Shown piece after piece: positions 1 through 12,473 of a stretch of DNA of 64,000 nucleotides (positions within the stretch are counted from its first letter, which is position 1; every line of letters begins with the position of its first letter). Made by a program: the position numbers and the translations under genes. The DNA is from Narcine bancroftii (taxonomy: Eukaryota), in NCBI RefSeq assembly GCF_036971445.1, contig NC_091476.1, forward strand, positions 98,270,001-98,334,000, read 5' to 3'. The notes under the pieces are model-generated. The model did no database searches. It was not told the origin of the DNA and worked only from the letters and a program-made list of their open reading frames with translations.

Positions 1-719
1 CACAATGCTCAAAATTATTTTCTAATAGTTTAGATAATGCAGATTTCAAGTTATACAGTTCCATTTCTGCAGAACAAACTATTTTCCACCACCTTGAATT
101 CCAACCATCCACACTTAATTGAATTTTGATGTTCCCAACTGCCAACCATCCATTTCCATTATATTAACACCCATGGAGACTAAAGCTCTTGCTATTCTCT
201 TCTTGACTTTAAAGCATTGCTTTGGACCATTCACAGTGGATAGAAATCCTCATTCATTTAAATACAGTATCCAAGTCTAAGCAAAAAATATTCGACAGTT
301 ATTGTAAACTTGGTGCTCAGCATTTTATGTTCACCGCCACACTGATTTCTAAAATCTAAGCATTTGTGTGATTTAATTTCTGATTAAAGCTGATCAAATG
401 ACTGAGCTCTAACAAAAATAAAATCTCCAAAGAAACTCAGCCTATTTCTTAAATATCTTGAGTTGCACAGGCTGCCTGCAGACAATGCTTTCAGAAATCC
501 TCCCAATATTGTGCCAGAATAGCTGAGACGTAAGACTTTAAGAACACGAGGATCAATAGCCTGAGAGGAATACTCATTAGGGGAACAAAAATAGCTCATC
601 AAAGAACAGAGGGATAACCTAATCTAGCCAGTTCCCTGAGGATGAATCTTATATACTTTTTCTACAATTTTAACATTGAAAGGCTATTAATGTCTCATGG
701 TAGACTGTGAAGCCATTTT

Positions 720-1340
720 TTCTTTTATTTTTTATTTTTATTTTTAGTTTAATATATAAAATGCAATAAAATATATAATCAGTCATCTCAAATAAATGTA
801 AAGAAAATCAGGAAGAATAATACAACAGTGTTAACCAGTTGCCTATTTGTATGAAAAACAAAGTAATTAACATTCTGAATGTACATAATTATCCTATTTA
901 CCAAATTATTTGGGTAGCAAAATAGAAAAAGAAAAAAAAGAAAACCTATAAAACTAAAGCTAATCTGCCCCCTGCTCGAATCAAAGTTACCATTAGTTAT
1001 ACAAAAGGACGTTTGGAATCAGGTAGCCACCTCCAGGCGTCGGACAGCGAACTCCCAGACTCTTCAGAGTTCTTGATTCTTCCAGTCCTACTAGTATTCT
1101 GTGAATGGGCCCCACATCTTTACAAATTGAAACTTTCTATCTTTACATCATATAACCACTATGAGCTATATCTGGCTCACGCAAAAAAATAATAATTAAT
1201 GGACAAGGCTCTATTTTGATTTTTTAAATCATGGATAAAATTTGGAAAAGGTCTTTCCAAAAACTCGCTAAATTTGGGCATTCCCAAAACATGTGGATCA
1301 GTGAAGCTTCAAACATTTTGCATTTCACACAGAGTGGATC
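720..1340 (-). mobile_element. Degraded L1/Tx1-like LINE 3' fragment
   Basis: T-rich tail at about 720-745 followed by decayed ORF2-like sequence; recognised by pattern only. Confidence 0.4.
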
Positions 1341-1444
1341 AAAATCTGCATAAAAACAAGAAAGTTTACATTTAGACATGTGCATTCTATGTACGTTTTG
1401 TAAAAGTATATTGGATCAGAAAATTCTTTGGTTGTTGACTAAAA

Positions 1445-1682
1445 TCAACTGTGCTAACGTGCAGCATTGTTTCAGCACCAGTGACCCTGGTTCGAATCCG
1501 TCGCTGTCTGTTAGCAGTTTGTGCATTCTCCCCATGTTCACATGGGTCTTATTCAGTTGCTCTGGTTTCCTCCCACCCTCCCAAAAATATATGGGGTTTT
1601 ATAGGTAATTGGTGTATTTGAGGCAGCATGGGTTCCTGGGCCAGAAGGGCCTATTACATGATGTGCCTCTAAATTTAAAAAA
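1445..1682 (+). mobile_element. tRNA-derived V-SINE (HE1-like)
   Basis: Pol III B-box GGTTCGAATCC at about 1489, V-domain-like TTCTCCCCATGTT...CTCTGGTTTCCTCCCAC, and an A-rich tail. Five related copies occur in the window. Confidence 0.8.
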
Positions 1683-1689
1683 ATATATT

Positions 1690-4250
1690 GATGATTTACA
1701 TTTATCATTCTCCCTGTATTCACAGATTATGTTAATTCTTCAACACCTCAGTTTATTTTAGTGTCCTCACCAATATTGAACGTGAAAATGATAATTTAAT
1801 ATAATAGATAATTAAAAGAGAACAAAATTGTATAAAAAAATACATAAAATATATTTGACACTTTCCAGCAGCAGGCTACTTCATGCTTATTTTATACTCC
1901 CACACATTCAAAATTATGACTTTTTTTTAAATGGGCCACAGCGCCCTCAAGCACAATCTATGTGCTATTACAACACTGACCTGCTTAATAAACGTTTCTT
2001 CATTTATCTTATACATTGGAGGAAAGCTAGACATTCTAAGACATTGGCCCCAATTTTTCCCAAATGTTAAGAAAAATTAGAAGTCAGTCTGACTTCTGGA
2101 ATGTCATAAGGTGTCCTTTGTACAATTTAATTTGTTGAAAAATATGTAAAAGGAACCATTGGAGCGGCAATGACACCAAAATTACTCAATATTTTTCCAA
2201 AAAATTTAAAATTGATTCTCATAAAAATTATAATCTTAAATTCTCAGAACATTGGTTGTTAACTGATTATAAATATATCAAAAATGAAGTTGTGCTTTTC
2301 TGTGTTTTATTCGTGCAGTTGGATAATCATGTTGAGGAACTTTGGGGGACATCCGATGCGCTCTAGTATTTGCCAAAGCCCTTTCCTGCTCACGGTGTCG
2401 AAGGCTTTGGTGAGGTCAACAAAGGTGATGTAGAGTCCTTTGTTTTGTTCTCTGCACTTTTCTTGGAGCTGTCTGAGGGCAAAGACCATGTCAGTGGTTC
2501 CTCTGTTTGCGCGAAAGCCGCACTGTGATTCTGGGAGAATATTCTCAGCGACACTAGGTATTATTCTATTTAGTAGAATCCTAGCGAAGATTTTGCCTGC
2601 AATGGAGAGCAACGTGATTCCCCTGTAGTTTGAGCAGTCTGATTTCTCGCCTTTGTTTTTGTACAGGGTGATGATGGTGGCATCACGAAGATCCTGAGGC
2701 AGTTTACCTTGGTCCCAACAAAGCTTGAAAAACTCATGCAGTTTGGCATGCAGAGTTTTGCCGCCAGCCTTCCAGACTTCTGGGGGGATTCCATCCATAC
2801 CTGCTGCTTTGCCACTTTTCAGTTGTTCGATTGCCTTATATGTCTCATCCAGGGTGGGAACCTCATCCAGCTCTAGCCTTAGGGGCTGTTGAGGGAGCTG
2901 GAGCAGGGCCAAATCTTGGACTGAGCGGTTGGTACTGAAAAGAGATTGGAAGTGTTCTGACCATCGGTTGAGGATGGAGATCTTGTCATTGAGGAGGACT
3001 TTGCCGTCTGAGCTGCGCAGCGGGCTTTGGACTTGGGGTGAGGGGCCGTACACAGCCTTTAGAGCCTCGTAGAAACCCCTGAAGTCGCCAATGTCCGCGC
3101 TGAGCTGTGTTCGTTTGGCGAGGCTAGTCCACCACTCATTTTGGATCTCCCGGAGTTTGCGCTGAAGATGGCTGCATGCGCGACGGAAGGCTTGTTTCTT
3201 CTCTGGACAGGACGGCTTTGTAAGGTGAGCCTGGTGGGCAGCTCGCTTCTTTGCCAGCAGCTCCTGGATTTCCTGGCTGTTTTCGTCAAACCAGTCCTTG
3301 TTTTTCCTGGAGGAGAAGCCCAGTACCTCTTCAGTGGATTGCAGTATGGTAGTCTTCAACTGATCCCAGAGGGTTTCAGGGGACGGGTCCGTGAGGCGGG
3401 TTGCAACGTCGAGCTTTGCTTTGAGGTTTGCCTGGAAGTTTCCTCTCGCTTCGTCTGACTGCAGTTTTCCAACATTGAACCTCTTTCTGGGGGCTTTATT
3501 ACTAAATTGCATTGAATTAAGAACAATATAATATCTTGGGTAGAATTTAATATTTGTAAAATATTGAAAAGTTAAATAGAATTGAATGGTTCACAAAGAA
3601 TTCAAATGATATACATTGGATGGATCACTGACAATAAATTAGGAAGAAGGTTCTATTTTCACTTAGAATACATTTAAAGCTTAATAAAGACTCCATTAAT
3701 GAGTAAATTTGAAACAAATAGAAAATTGACTGTTTAAGAGTGTGAATTTTCTCAAAGCATGAAAATAAGATTTTATCCCAATAAGAATAATGACCATTCT
3801 GTATGTGAATACAATATTTGTAAGAAAAATGGATTGGAATATTGGAAAAATGTAGTAACTAACATTGGATATGTCAGTCAGCCCTAATACAGGTAATAAT
3901 GATAACACGAGTTTCTTGCCTACTTTTCATGCAATAGGCATTTAGAGCAGAATAGAAAAAAAGTTCTTGAAGGCAAAATTGGTTGTTTTATCTGAAATTT
4001 GAATCATCTTCATTCAAGACTACATACTTCAGAACCAGCCTAGCATCTTATAGAAACAAGCACAGGCAAACCTTCACCAATCTGTGCCAAATAACCTTTG
4101 GTTTCTTGCAATGATGGCAATATGATTTTTTGGTAACAGTACCCAACAGCAAATATTAATTATTTTGATGAAAATATTCATTTGTTTCTGATTGAAAATG
4201 TGGCCAGGGATGTGATTGGAATTTGTACATATGCATTGCTTTGTTGTTGA
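1690..4250 (+). mobile_element. Old degraded L1-like ORF2 remnant interrupted by the RTE fragment
   Basis: AT-rich decayed sequence with residual RT motifs in order: QGCPL-like at about 2105, GYKIN-like at about 2265, then after the RTE insert YLG-like at about 3530 and WMD-like at about 3617. Confidence 0.45.
2310..3500 (-). mobile_element. RTE-clade LINE internal fragment (open RT N-terminal frame, truncated at both ends)
   Basis: 401-aa uninterrupted ORF with KAAGMDGIPPEVWK, NYRGITLLSIAGK, PESQCGFR and FVDLTKAFDTV. Closely similar to the copy at 47160-48225. Confidence 0.95.
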
Positions 4251-4874
4251 TCCATTCTGTTAATTCACCTCACACAATGAGGTGTCATTTGGCTTTTGTT
4301 TCCCTTGTTCTTCTTCCAGATGCCTAGTTATCTATCTGAACTCCCTCTGGACCTTCATTTGCTTCTCAGCCAGTACATCTGACCCAAAAAGAACCCATTA
4401 CTTGGAGTACCTCTGAACATAAATGGCATGTGCTTTGACAATCCTTTGGCTAACCCCACTCTGTGCTGAATGTAGTCTTGCTCTACTTTGCACTGCTGTC
4501 TGGTTTATAGTGGAGTCGTAACAGGAAACACCAGGCCAGTTTTGTTTCCTCCTTCATCCAATACTTGCTAACTCTACATTCCTATTCATTTTGGAGAGCA
4601 CATACATGCAATTACCCTTTTCATAGCTATGCTTCTATTGCTGCAAGTATACAACATAACAAAGGCAAGAAATAGGACTTAATTTTGCCTACACTATATA
4701 CATATATCTAATGCCTTTCACAAGTCCATTTTGTGCCAAAGCCCTAACGACCCCTTGAATTATTTCTGCACTTAGTCATTGTTGCAAGGTGAGAAATATA
4801 TTAATGATCACTTTCTATGGATGTTCTGTAACCTGTTGAGTTTCTCCAGCATGTTTGTGCCTGCACTAGATCTC

Positions 4875-5070
4875 ACTGCCCACCTCACTGACAAAAGGCA
4901 AAGGAGGAAAAACCCAACACCCAACCCACCAATTTTCCCCTGCAACCGCTGCAATCGTGTCTGCCTGTCCCGCATCGGACTTGTCAGCCACAAACGAGCC
5001 TGCAGCTGATGTGGACTTTTTACCCCCTCCATAAATCTTCGTCCGCGAAGCCAAGCCAAAGAAAAAAAAG
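4875..5070 (+). mobile_element. RTE LINE 3' end fragment
   Basis: Near-identical to 49293-49485: C-terminal CxxC...H zinc-finger coding, ending GCCAAGCCAAAGAAAAA. Confidence 0.9.
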
Positions 5071-5645
5071 ATCCCAATACATGAAGATTTTCTTGTTTAC
5101 ATCTATTAATGTCTTTATTTTTACTTGCATTGAGCAAGATACAAAGAAATTTACATAAAATTAATCATTATGCATACATATATGCACTTGTATGTGTGAA
5201 ATTTACCAGGTAGTTTGCACACCAAATAGCATGAATTACATCTGAACAAATGCCTGGAGGTTTAAGTAAATACATTTACAAGTGAATGCATTTACATTAA
5301 AGAAGATGACATGAAAAATATTTTAACCATCTTTTAGATTGTGATTGCTTAAATAAGACATGTTGTGCTGGGGTAATAAATTACTTTAACCAATGCTGTG
5401 ACCAAATAGATTTTAAATAACCAGCCATATTATTGAAATATTTCCTCTTGAGATTCACATCTTAAGTAAGAGGTATATATAAAGTACCGTTAAGTGCTGA
5501 AGTAGAGGCCAGGGGAAAATTAGCCCTTTATTGAATATATTCTTACTTCTAATAAGATATGGCACAATGCTTTGACTGTGTAAAGCTCTTAGTAAGCCTA
5601 ACAAAAGCAAAGCTCCAGGTCTGTCGCTGACATCTTACACTGTTC

Positions 5646-6369
5646 AATGCACAAGAGTGCTGGAGAAACTCAGCAGGTCATGAGGCGACCATAGGAAGCA
5701 TGGATTTTTAAAAAAAAATGTTTCGACCCTGAGCCCATCGTCAAGGTATGAGCAACAAAATGCAGACAGGAACCTGAATTAAAAGGAAGGGGGAGGGAAG
5801 GAAGGACAGGGGTGGGGGGAGGAGGAGCTCAAGCCTGAAGGCAAGAAGTCATATGTGGATATGATGAGAGGACAGAAGAGCAGTGATATGGGCAGGGGAT
5901 TGCAGCACCCTCATAGCCCTCCTGGGATCCAGGTGAAATTGTTGGATCATGTGTGCCTCCTGCACCTTTCAAATAGCAGCCTAACCTACCTGTTAAATCG
6001 CCAACAAGGCAATTTGAGGGGGATCCTACCCCTGTAAAGACATGGTGAGTAACATGTCATGCAGCCATGGGGACTCCCTGTTCCCTGTGTTCTTTCTGTT
6101 TAAAGTTCCAGAGTAACCGGGTGAGCCATTTCCCCTTTCAAATAGGTGGAGGAGGATGTCTGAGTAAGTCTTACTGCGTTCCCTGACCACCTCTGAGGAA
6201 GGTCTGGAACCTAGGTAGATTCTGACCAGGTTTGCCTGGTTTGACCCTTTCAAATAGCCCTGCACCTGGGTATTCAACCTAATTGTCATGTCAGGAGTTA
6301 ACCCCATTTTACAAGAACTAGAGGGAAAGGTGTGGGGAGCTGGAAGAAAGTAGTTGGAAGGACAGGGAA

Positions 6370-6402
<33 letters not shown>

Positions 6403-6765
6403 GAGACAGACAGCGATGGAACCTAATAGAACCAGAGAAGTCCATGGTAATGTCATCTGGCTGGAGAGCACCCAGATAGTTCCTTGAACTTGCGGGTGGT
6501 CTCCATTTACAGCGCATGAGACCATAGTCAGCCATGTCAGTGTGGGAATGGGGCGCTGAATTGAAATGGTGGGCCACTGGAATGTTCTGCTTTTGCAGCA
6601 GACAAGAGTGAAGGGCTCAACTCAGCGACCTTCCAGTTTATTTCTCCGATGTAGAGGAGGCCACAACGGAAGCACTGGGCGCAGACATGCCGATGGTCCC
6701 TGCACTCTGACATGTGAAGTGGTTCATAGTCCTTCTCCAACACTTCTGTGACTGTAGTGAAAGAC
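5646..6765 (-). mobile_element. Penelope-like element remnant (GIY-YIG endonuclease end and pseudo-LTR), interrupted at about 5901-6313
   Basis: Frameshifted CFRCGLLYIGE, AHHFNSAPHSHTDM and LGALQPDDI motifs at 6430-6690. The terminal segment at 5646-5750 has a degenerate hammerhead-like core. Confidence 0.75.
5901..6313. mobile_element. Possible solo LTR inserted in the Penelope remnant
   Basis: Segment bounded by TGCAGCA...TTTACA, with three copies of CCTTTCAAATAG. No clear TSD. Confidence 0.3.
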
Positions 6766-9654
6766 AGTGTCTGCAGACTTTCTTCTTTCAACCCGCCTCG
6801 CACTGTCCCCTTCTTCAGATATCTGGGGGCCACGGTAACATAATTGGTTTTCGGACTGTTTACACTCTAACAGGTAGTTTCTTCTGGGCGGTCTCTCATG
6901 TCGGAGTTTTTCCTGCACCAAGTGATGAATTTCGCTCTGACAGTAAAATAACACAATTAGAGGTTAAGCGGATCTCTTCAAATTCAATGAATAATGTCAT
7001 TCGGTTCGTTTCTTTTACCCATGAAATAATCATGTTTTCAGACTTTCCAGGTGGAGTCGCGGCCTCTCGCATTGTCCCTTTAAGCGCGTTTGCTCCGATT
7101 ATGTGGAATTTTATTTTTGGCCAAATCCTTTGCCATTAGTATCGATGTTTACAATATGTGGGCAGTGAACAGCTGAGGGTCTTGCAGTGCCTTCTATTGC
7201 GTGTCGAATGGAGGTCTAGAATACTTCGCCTTCCCGCCTCCAGTAACCCAATTCCAGCATAACACACCGTGGAAGGGAAATCTGCCGCCAAGAACATTAA
7301 CAAATGGTTTAATTGGACAATTGAAAGGAATACATTGCGGAGAAAATGTTTTGGAAATGTGACTGATTATTTCAAGAGTTATTGTCATCGATTTAGAACC
7401 ACTTTATCGCTCAGCACTGATCTCCAGAATGGAACTGCCCGGCAATGACTGAGCTGTGTCAGTTCCACAGGGTTTCACGAGGACTTAAATCTGCAACGGG
7501 GAAAGTGGATTTCCAGGCTGCTTAGGTGAAGTGGGGGGGAGGGGGGGGGGGGGGGGAATGTACAACTAAAATTGCCATTAATCCCAGAATCTTCTTAGAA
7601 GCTTGTGGCGCTTCGGAGAATAGGAGCTGCCCTCTGAAAGCCTTGCAACAGACGTTTCATTGGACGAAATGGGCAAGAAAGCAGCTTACCTCTTATACTC
7701 CGCGCTGACGGTATCTGCAAGCTGCACATTAGGACCATTTCATCGCCATTAATTCATTGACGTTCCCCCTTTCCCCCCTAACAACAACTAGTTACCTTGT
7801 TGTTTGCTTTAATGGATCTTGTCCTGCCACGTTCGACCTTCCGTGCTGCGGTCGGAAGAGTCACCAGGATTGACTAGATAAATAATGCTAGCTCAAGTAT
7901 GCGCTCCAAAGCATGAGGTGGTGATGTGACAGGCTTAACGATGGCTTTATTTCAGAATCAAGTGATTTTGTAAAACAATCAGACCACATTTAACATCCGC
8001 AAGTTGTCGCACTGTGTCTGTTGGCAACTTGTTCCGTACTTTAATGAAATATTCTTGTTTACTGGCACTGTACCCTCTTAAATCGTCTTGCTTCACCTCA
8101 TACATATGGAAGACGTGACTCGCACTTGGCGAAGTAATGTTCTTTTAACGCTAATTAATTCCAGAAATTAATTTCTTCTACCTGCCTGATCGGATGGAAA
8201 GGCTGTCCTCGGGGCCGAGGATTAGCACTTCCCTCTCGAACATCCTCCCTAATTATCTAATAGCATGGGCTGCGAGAATTCTGCCTCTGTTCAACCACTT
8301 TCCGGATTAATATAAAAAGATTGAAACTGTGATGGCAACTCGATTTCAACAAATTAGCGCGGGCACTGGGAGACGGACCAGAAGTACCTTCTTGTAAATT
8401 TCCCGAGCTTAATGTCAATAATTACGGCAATTTGATGGAAAATGAGCTGAAATTATCTGCCGCTCTATTGAGCTCCGCCGCGCAAAGAGGAAAAAACACG
8501 AGCAAAATAAAAAAAAGGGAAGAGTCAATAAAAGAAGGTTCTGGCAGAAGGAAGGTGCGATTAATCAGTGCGGTTCAAGGTTAAGCTCTTGATGGAAAAG
8601 TCATGGTCTCATCGCTTCAATAATGTGTAATTCCAGGGATCTCATGAAGGATTAAAGAAGTAGACACCTAGATTCAGAGAAAATAGAGCAATTCTAATGA
8701 ATAGGATAGAAAAAAAACCCCACAGAAGATAATATTGGAGCAAAATAGGTCCCCTCGGGTTGGGTCTGAAATTATGCGTTAGAATTTTAACGAACTTGGC
8801 ACAGATTTATTGATTGAGTTCGGATTAGCCGCACCTGAGAAGAGCGGGAACGGGACAAACTGGGGTGGCGGGGTAGAGATTTCGATTGATCCTCATCTAT
8901 ATTAAAAAAAATCGCATTTATGAAAATCAAGTGAGTGCATTTTATTTCAAGTGTACATGCGACGTAAACCCCCCCCCCCCCTACCCGCGTGTAAAAAAAA
9001 TCCGAGACCTTGATCCAACAAGGTTTTTTTTTTAAGAAGTGGCCCAGAACATTTTACTGTTTAATGTGAAAACATCTATTAAGATCTTTCCAGTGAGACG
9101 ACGTTCATGGGAGAACTGGGGGCTTGTACGCCGACTGGTACGTGTTGTGATCCAAGTAATAAAGTAGTTAAGCTGATGATGTAATGGGTTATATTCGCAC
9201 CGCAACCGTCGCCCCGACTGACCACAGTTTATTATGTTACACAACATAACTCGTTTGGGTATAATTCGATCCCTGCATCTTGCAGTGTCCAAGGGATGTT
9301 TCTTGGGGTTCCTTGTTGGTGGGAATCTTCACTGGAGAGCAAAGGGAAAGTATGCAGTTGACCCAAAGCAGCATCACAGTAGCCTCGGGCTTGGCATTGC
9401 AGGTTTCAGGCGATGGCAATCCAGGCGCTAGAGCTGCAGTAGTATCCCGTCCTTTCATTTGGGTTCAGAATGCAATGATTCAACTGGCCCCTGCCAAATT
9501 GTCATGGCCTAGAACAAGGACGAAGATGACTGGAGCTATTCAGGAATGCCTTTATACAAGAGACAATCACTGTGTGCAGAAAAGTCAGGTGCCTTTTTTT
9601 CAGAATGCTGAAGAATAGGGCATTCCCTACAGCACCTCCTGGGCGAAGCAATAA

Positions 9655-9880
9655 AACAGGGAACTTAAAGAGTTCTAAACGACCCGGGTTCGAACACGGC
9701 GCTCTCTGTAAGGAGTTTGTACGTTCTCTCTGTGAATATGAGGATTTCCTCTGGCTGCTCAGTTTCCTCCCAAAGACGTATGGGGTTAGTTGGTTAATTG
9801 GTCACATTGGTGTAATTGGGTGATGCGGGCGGCCGGAAGGATCCGTTATCCTGCAGTATCTCTAAATTAAAAAAAAAGAA
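9655..9880 (+). mobile_element. V-SINE (HE1-like)
   Basis: B-box GGTTCGAACAC, V-domain-like core and A tail; same family as 1445-1682. Confidence 0.75.
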
Positions 9881-10039
9881 TAACAATGCTCTCTCCTATT
9901 CTTTCAATCGTTGACGGGAAAATTCGTTTGGCGGGAACCTGGGGTCCCATTATCACAACTTTTCAGTCCATGAAAAGTTTACGCAGTCGCAAAATGGAGT
10001 ACTTTGGCCTATGCCTCGCCCAACCTATTAGTAATTGTG

Positions 10040-10315
10040 AGGAAAGTTACCGGATAAAATGATGAAGGGTCAAGTACAGGGGTCAGAGACTGAAGGTCAC
10101 AACAAGGCGAAGATGATTAAAAATGACCCGTGAGTTGGGAGCTGGAGGGAGTACACAGCTGTCAGGTAGGGAAGCGGTAGTTTTCAAGAGGGAATTGTAT
10201 CCAAGGCGAGGGAGAAAAATGAAAGGTTGCAGTGAAGTGCGGAGCAACTGGATTGTTCTTGCATGCCATGACGGGCTAAATGGACTCCTTTCATGCTGAA
10301 ACCACTTCATGATTC
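10040..10315 (+). mobile_element. CR1-like LINE 3' remnant
   Basis: Ends in GGGCTAAATGGACTCCTT, similar to the CR1/HER1 3' tail. Confidence 0.4.
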
Positions 10316-11939
10316 AATACCTCTGCTCACTCTCACTCATGCCAAATAACCAGTTAGGCTCTGAATTATCTTTATCTGAAGTTTGGCCGTTAGATTTTTC
10401 ATGCCCTCTGATCATTTCAAGGTGTTGATATATAACTGACTTCAATTCAAAGCCGAATTGTATCTTTTGCTTCACTGATGGCCAAACGTGCAGTTTGGAT
10501 TAAATGAAAAGACAATACTCCACCTACACATGCACAATGGTTAAGCGATATTATGTCTTGTTTAATGTTAGAAAAATAGATATCCCATTAAAGATTCAAA
10601 TAGTAACTTCCAAAAGACACGAGGCGCATTTATGGACTATTAACATAATCTTAATAATGAGGGTTTTTCTGAAACTTTGGTGCTGTGCTGTCCATCTCCA
10701 GGTTGTCACTTGATTACTACCTGTCAGCTTTTAACCTTGCTTAGTGTTAGGGGTTGTGAATTAATTTTTGGGTTTTTTTTTGTGCGTTGTTAAATTTTGT
10801 TTCTTTAATATGATTTTTTTATCATGAGATTTTTTTGTAATATTTATTTTTTAATCTAATAGCACAATGTATAACTGTGCTGTTTAATTGTTTATAATTT
10901 AAACATCAATAAACATATTTTACAAAGAAAAATTTTCATGCTCTGATATTTAAACAGCAGATAGTTGGTAATGCAGAACACTGAACAAGGTTCAAGGATA
11001 GTTAGTCGACCAATGGTGTCGATTTTCATTTATGGGAGGGGATTAGATATGTCAAGCAAAATTATCCACCTCTAAAAGTCCTTGAAGGTTTAAAACACAT
11101 CAGTCCTCACAAAGCTACAATGCTGTTGGATAGAAAATTCTGGAATTAGACGCAATATTTCCATCAGTCTTGAAGGGGCTGAGGCTGGTGTTTTCCTCTC
11201 CTTGACACCCTTTGGCTCTGAGAATGGAAGATGCTGTCAAAGTAACCAGGGCGAGTAAACGTTTCGAATCGATGACCTTTGATCAGAGCAAGGAAATCAA
11301 ACCTGCAATTTAAGAGCAAAGGGGTGAAGTGAACAAAGGGAATCTCGGTGGACAGGCCAGATTAAAGGTGTCATCTCGAGATGAGGGGAAGGCGAGTGTA
11401 GAAGGAAATTAATGAAGGCAACCCCTAGAAAAAAAAGCTGAAACTGGAGAATGGAAACCACAACAAGTTGTTAGAAATCTAAAATAAAATAAATTACTTT
11501 AAAAAAAAGCCAGCGGGTTATATAGCCTCCGTGGAGTGCAAAAACGACCAGATTTAGCACAAACTGGAAAGACCGGTTATCTGAAATTATTGAATGTAAT
11601 TGTGGATTTTTTTCGATTACAGATGCCGGGAAACTTACTCAATAGCAGGTGTTCCCCAACAGAAGGTCGGGATCTGTCTGCGAATGTAAAAGTTGATATA
11701 GTTCCACTTACATTTCTGCGTATCTTCTGAACTAATATTGTCCAATCCAAAAATAGTGTATTCCCTGACACGTGAAGCACAACTTGAACAAATCAAAATT
11801 AGAAGTTGATAAAAATGTATAACTTTGTTCAGGAAAACCACTTTTTAAATTTCAAATGAAACACAAAGCGCTTGAAGTAATTATTCTAATTGAAGTTATT
11901 CAGTACCTGGGTCAGCTCCTAATCACCAACACTACCTGC

Positions 11940-12211
11940 GCTTATGTGCCCAGCAAGCGTACTCATTGATTCCGATCCTCCGCCCAGAACTTCCCTATTG
12001 GCTAATCGTGGTTGTGTTCCCTGGCGAAGTGGAAATCTTTTACTTCAAGTAAATAGTCTCTCAACCTCCTACAAACCTGTTGCATCTAAAACAAGACATT
12101 CAGCCGAGTATCGCTGATTTTAAAAAAAAGGCTCGTCGGGCCTTTGAGTTTCCACGCTCAAAACAAAACGGGAGGGAACATCTTTGGACTGTCAGCCAGA
12201 AAAGTAGAAGG
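11940..12211 (+). promoter_or_regulatory. Putative BSX proximal promoter / 5' UTR
   Basis: GC box CCGCCC at 11980-11985 and inverted CCAAT (ATTGG) at 11997-12001, about 200 bp upstream of the ATG; repeat-free and CpG-retaining. The TSS cannot be determined from sequence. Confidence 0.5.
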
Positions 12212-12473
12212 ATGAATCTGAATTTCACATCCCCCATACACCAGGTTTCTGCCCAGCGGCCAACGTCTTTCTTCATCGAAGACATCTTACTGCACAAACC
12301 CAAGCCCGTGAGAGAAGCCCCTTCTGTTTCTTATGCCAGTTCCCTGGCATCCCGTGTTCCTTTGCTAGAATATGGTTACCCTATAATGCCAACTCCGACC
12401 ATCCTGGCACCTCACCCCCACCACCCACTACACAAGCCGGAGCACCATCACCCTTACTTCTTCACGTCTCCTG
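12212..12473 (+). CDS. BSX: Brain-specific homeobox protein, coding exon 1 (with eh1/Groucho-binding motif)
   Basis: ATG at 12212 gives MNLNFTSP...RPTSFFIEDILLHKPKP...HHHPYFFTSP, matching the vertebrate BSX N-terminus. Donor G|GTAAGT at 12473/12474; 262 nt, phase 1. Confidence 0.96.

Noticed and set aside
1445-1520. tRNA gene suggested by the GGTTCGAATCC B-box
   Set aside because: It continues into SINE body and tail, occurs in multiple copies, and has no intact cloverleaf.
2310-5070. RTE body (-) and RTE tail (+) as one twin-primed insertion
   Set aside because: They are separated by about 1.37 kb of older sequence, part of which continues the L1 host, and no shared TSD was seen. Treated as independent insertions.
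7533-7556. G-run (and C-run at 8969-8981) as a functional G-quadruplex
   Set aside because: Simple homopolymers of uncertain length with no supporting evidence.
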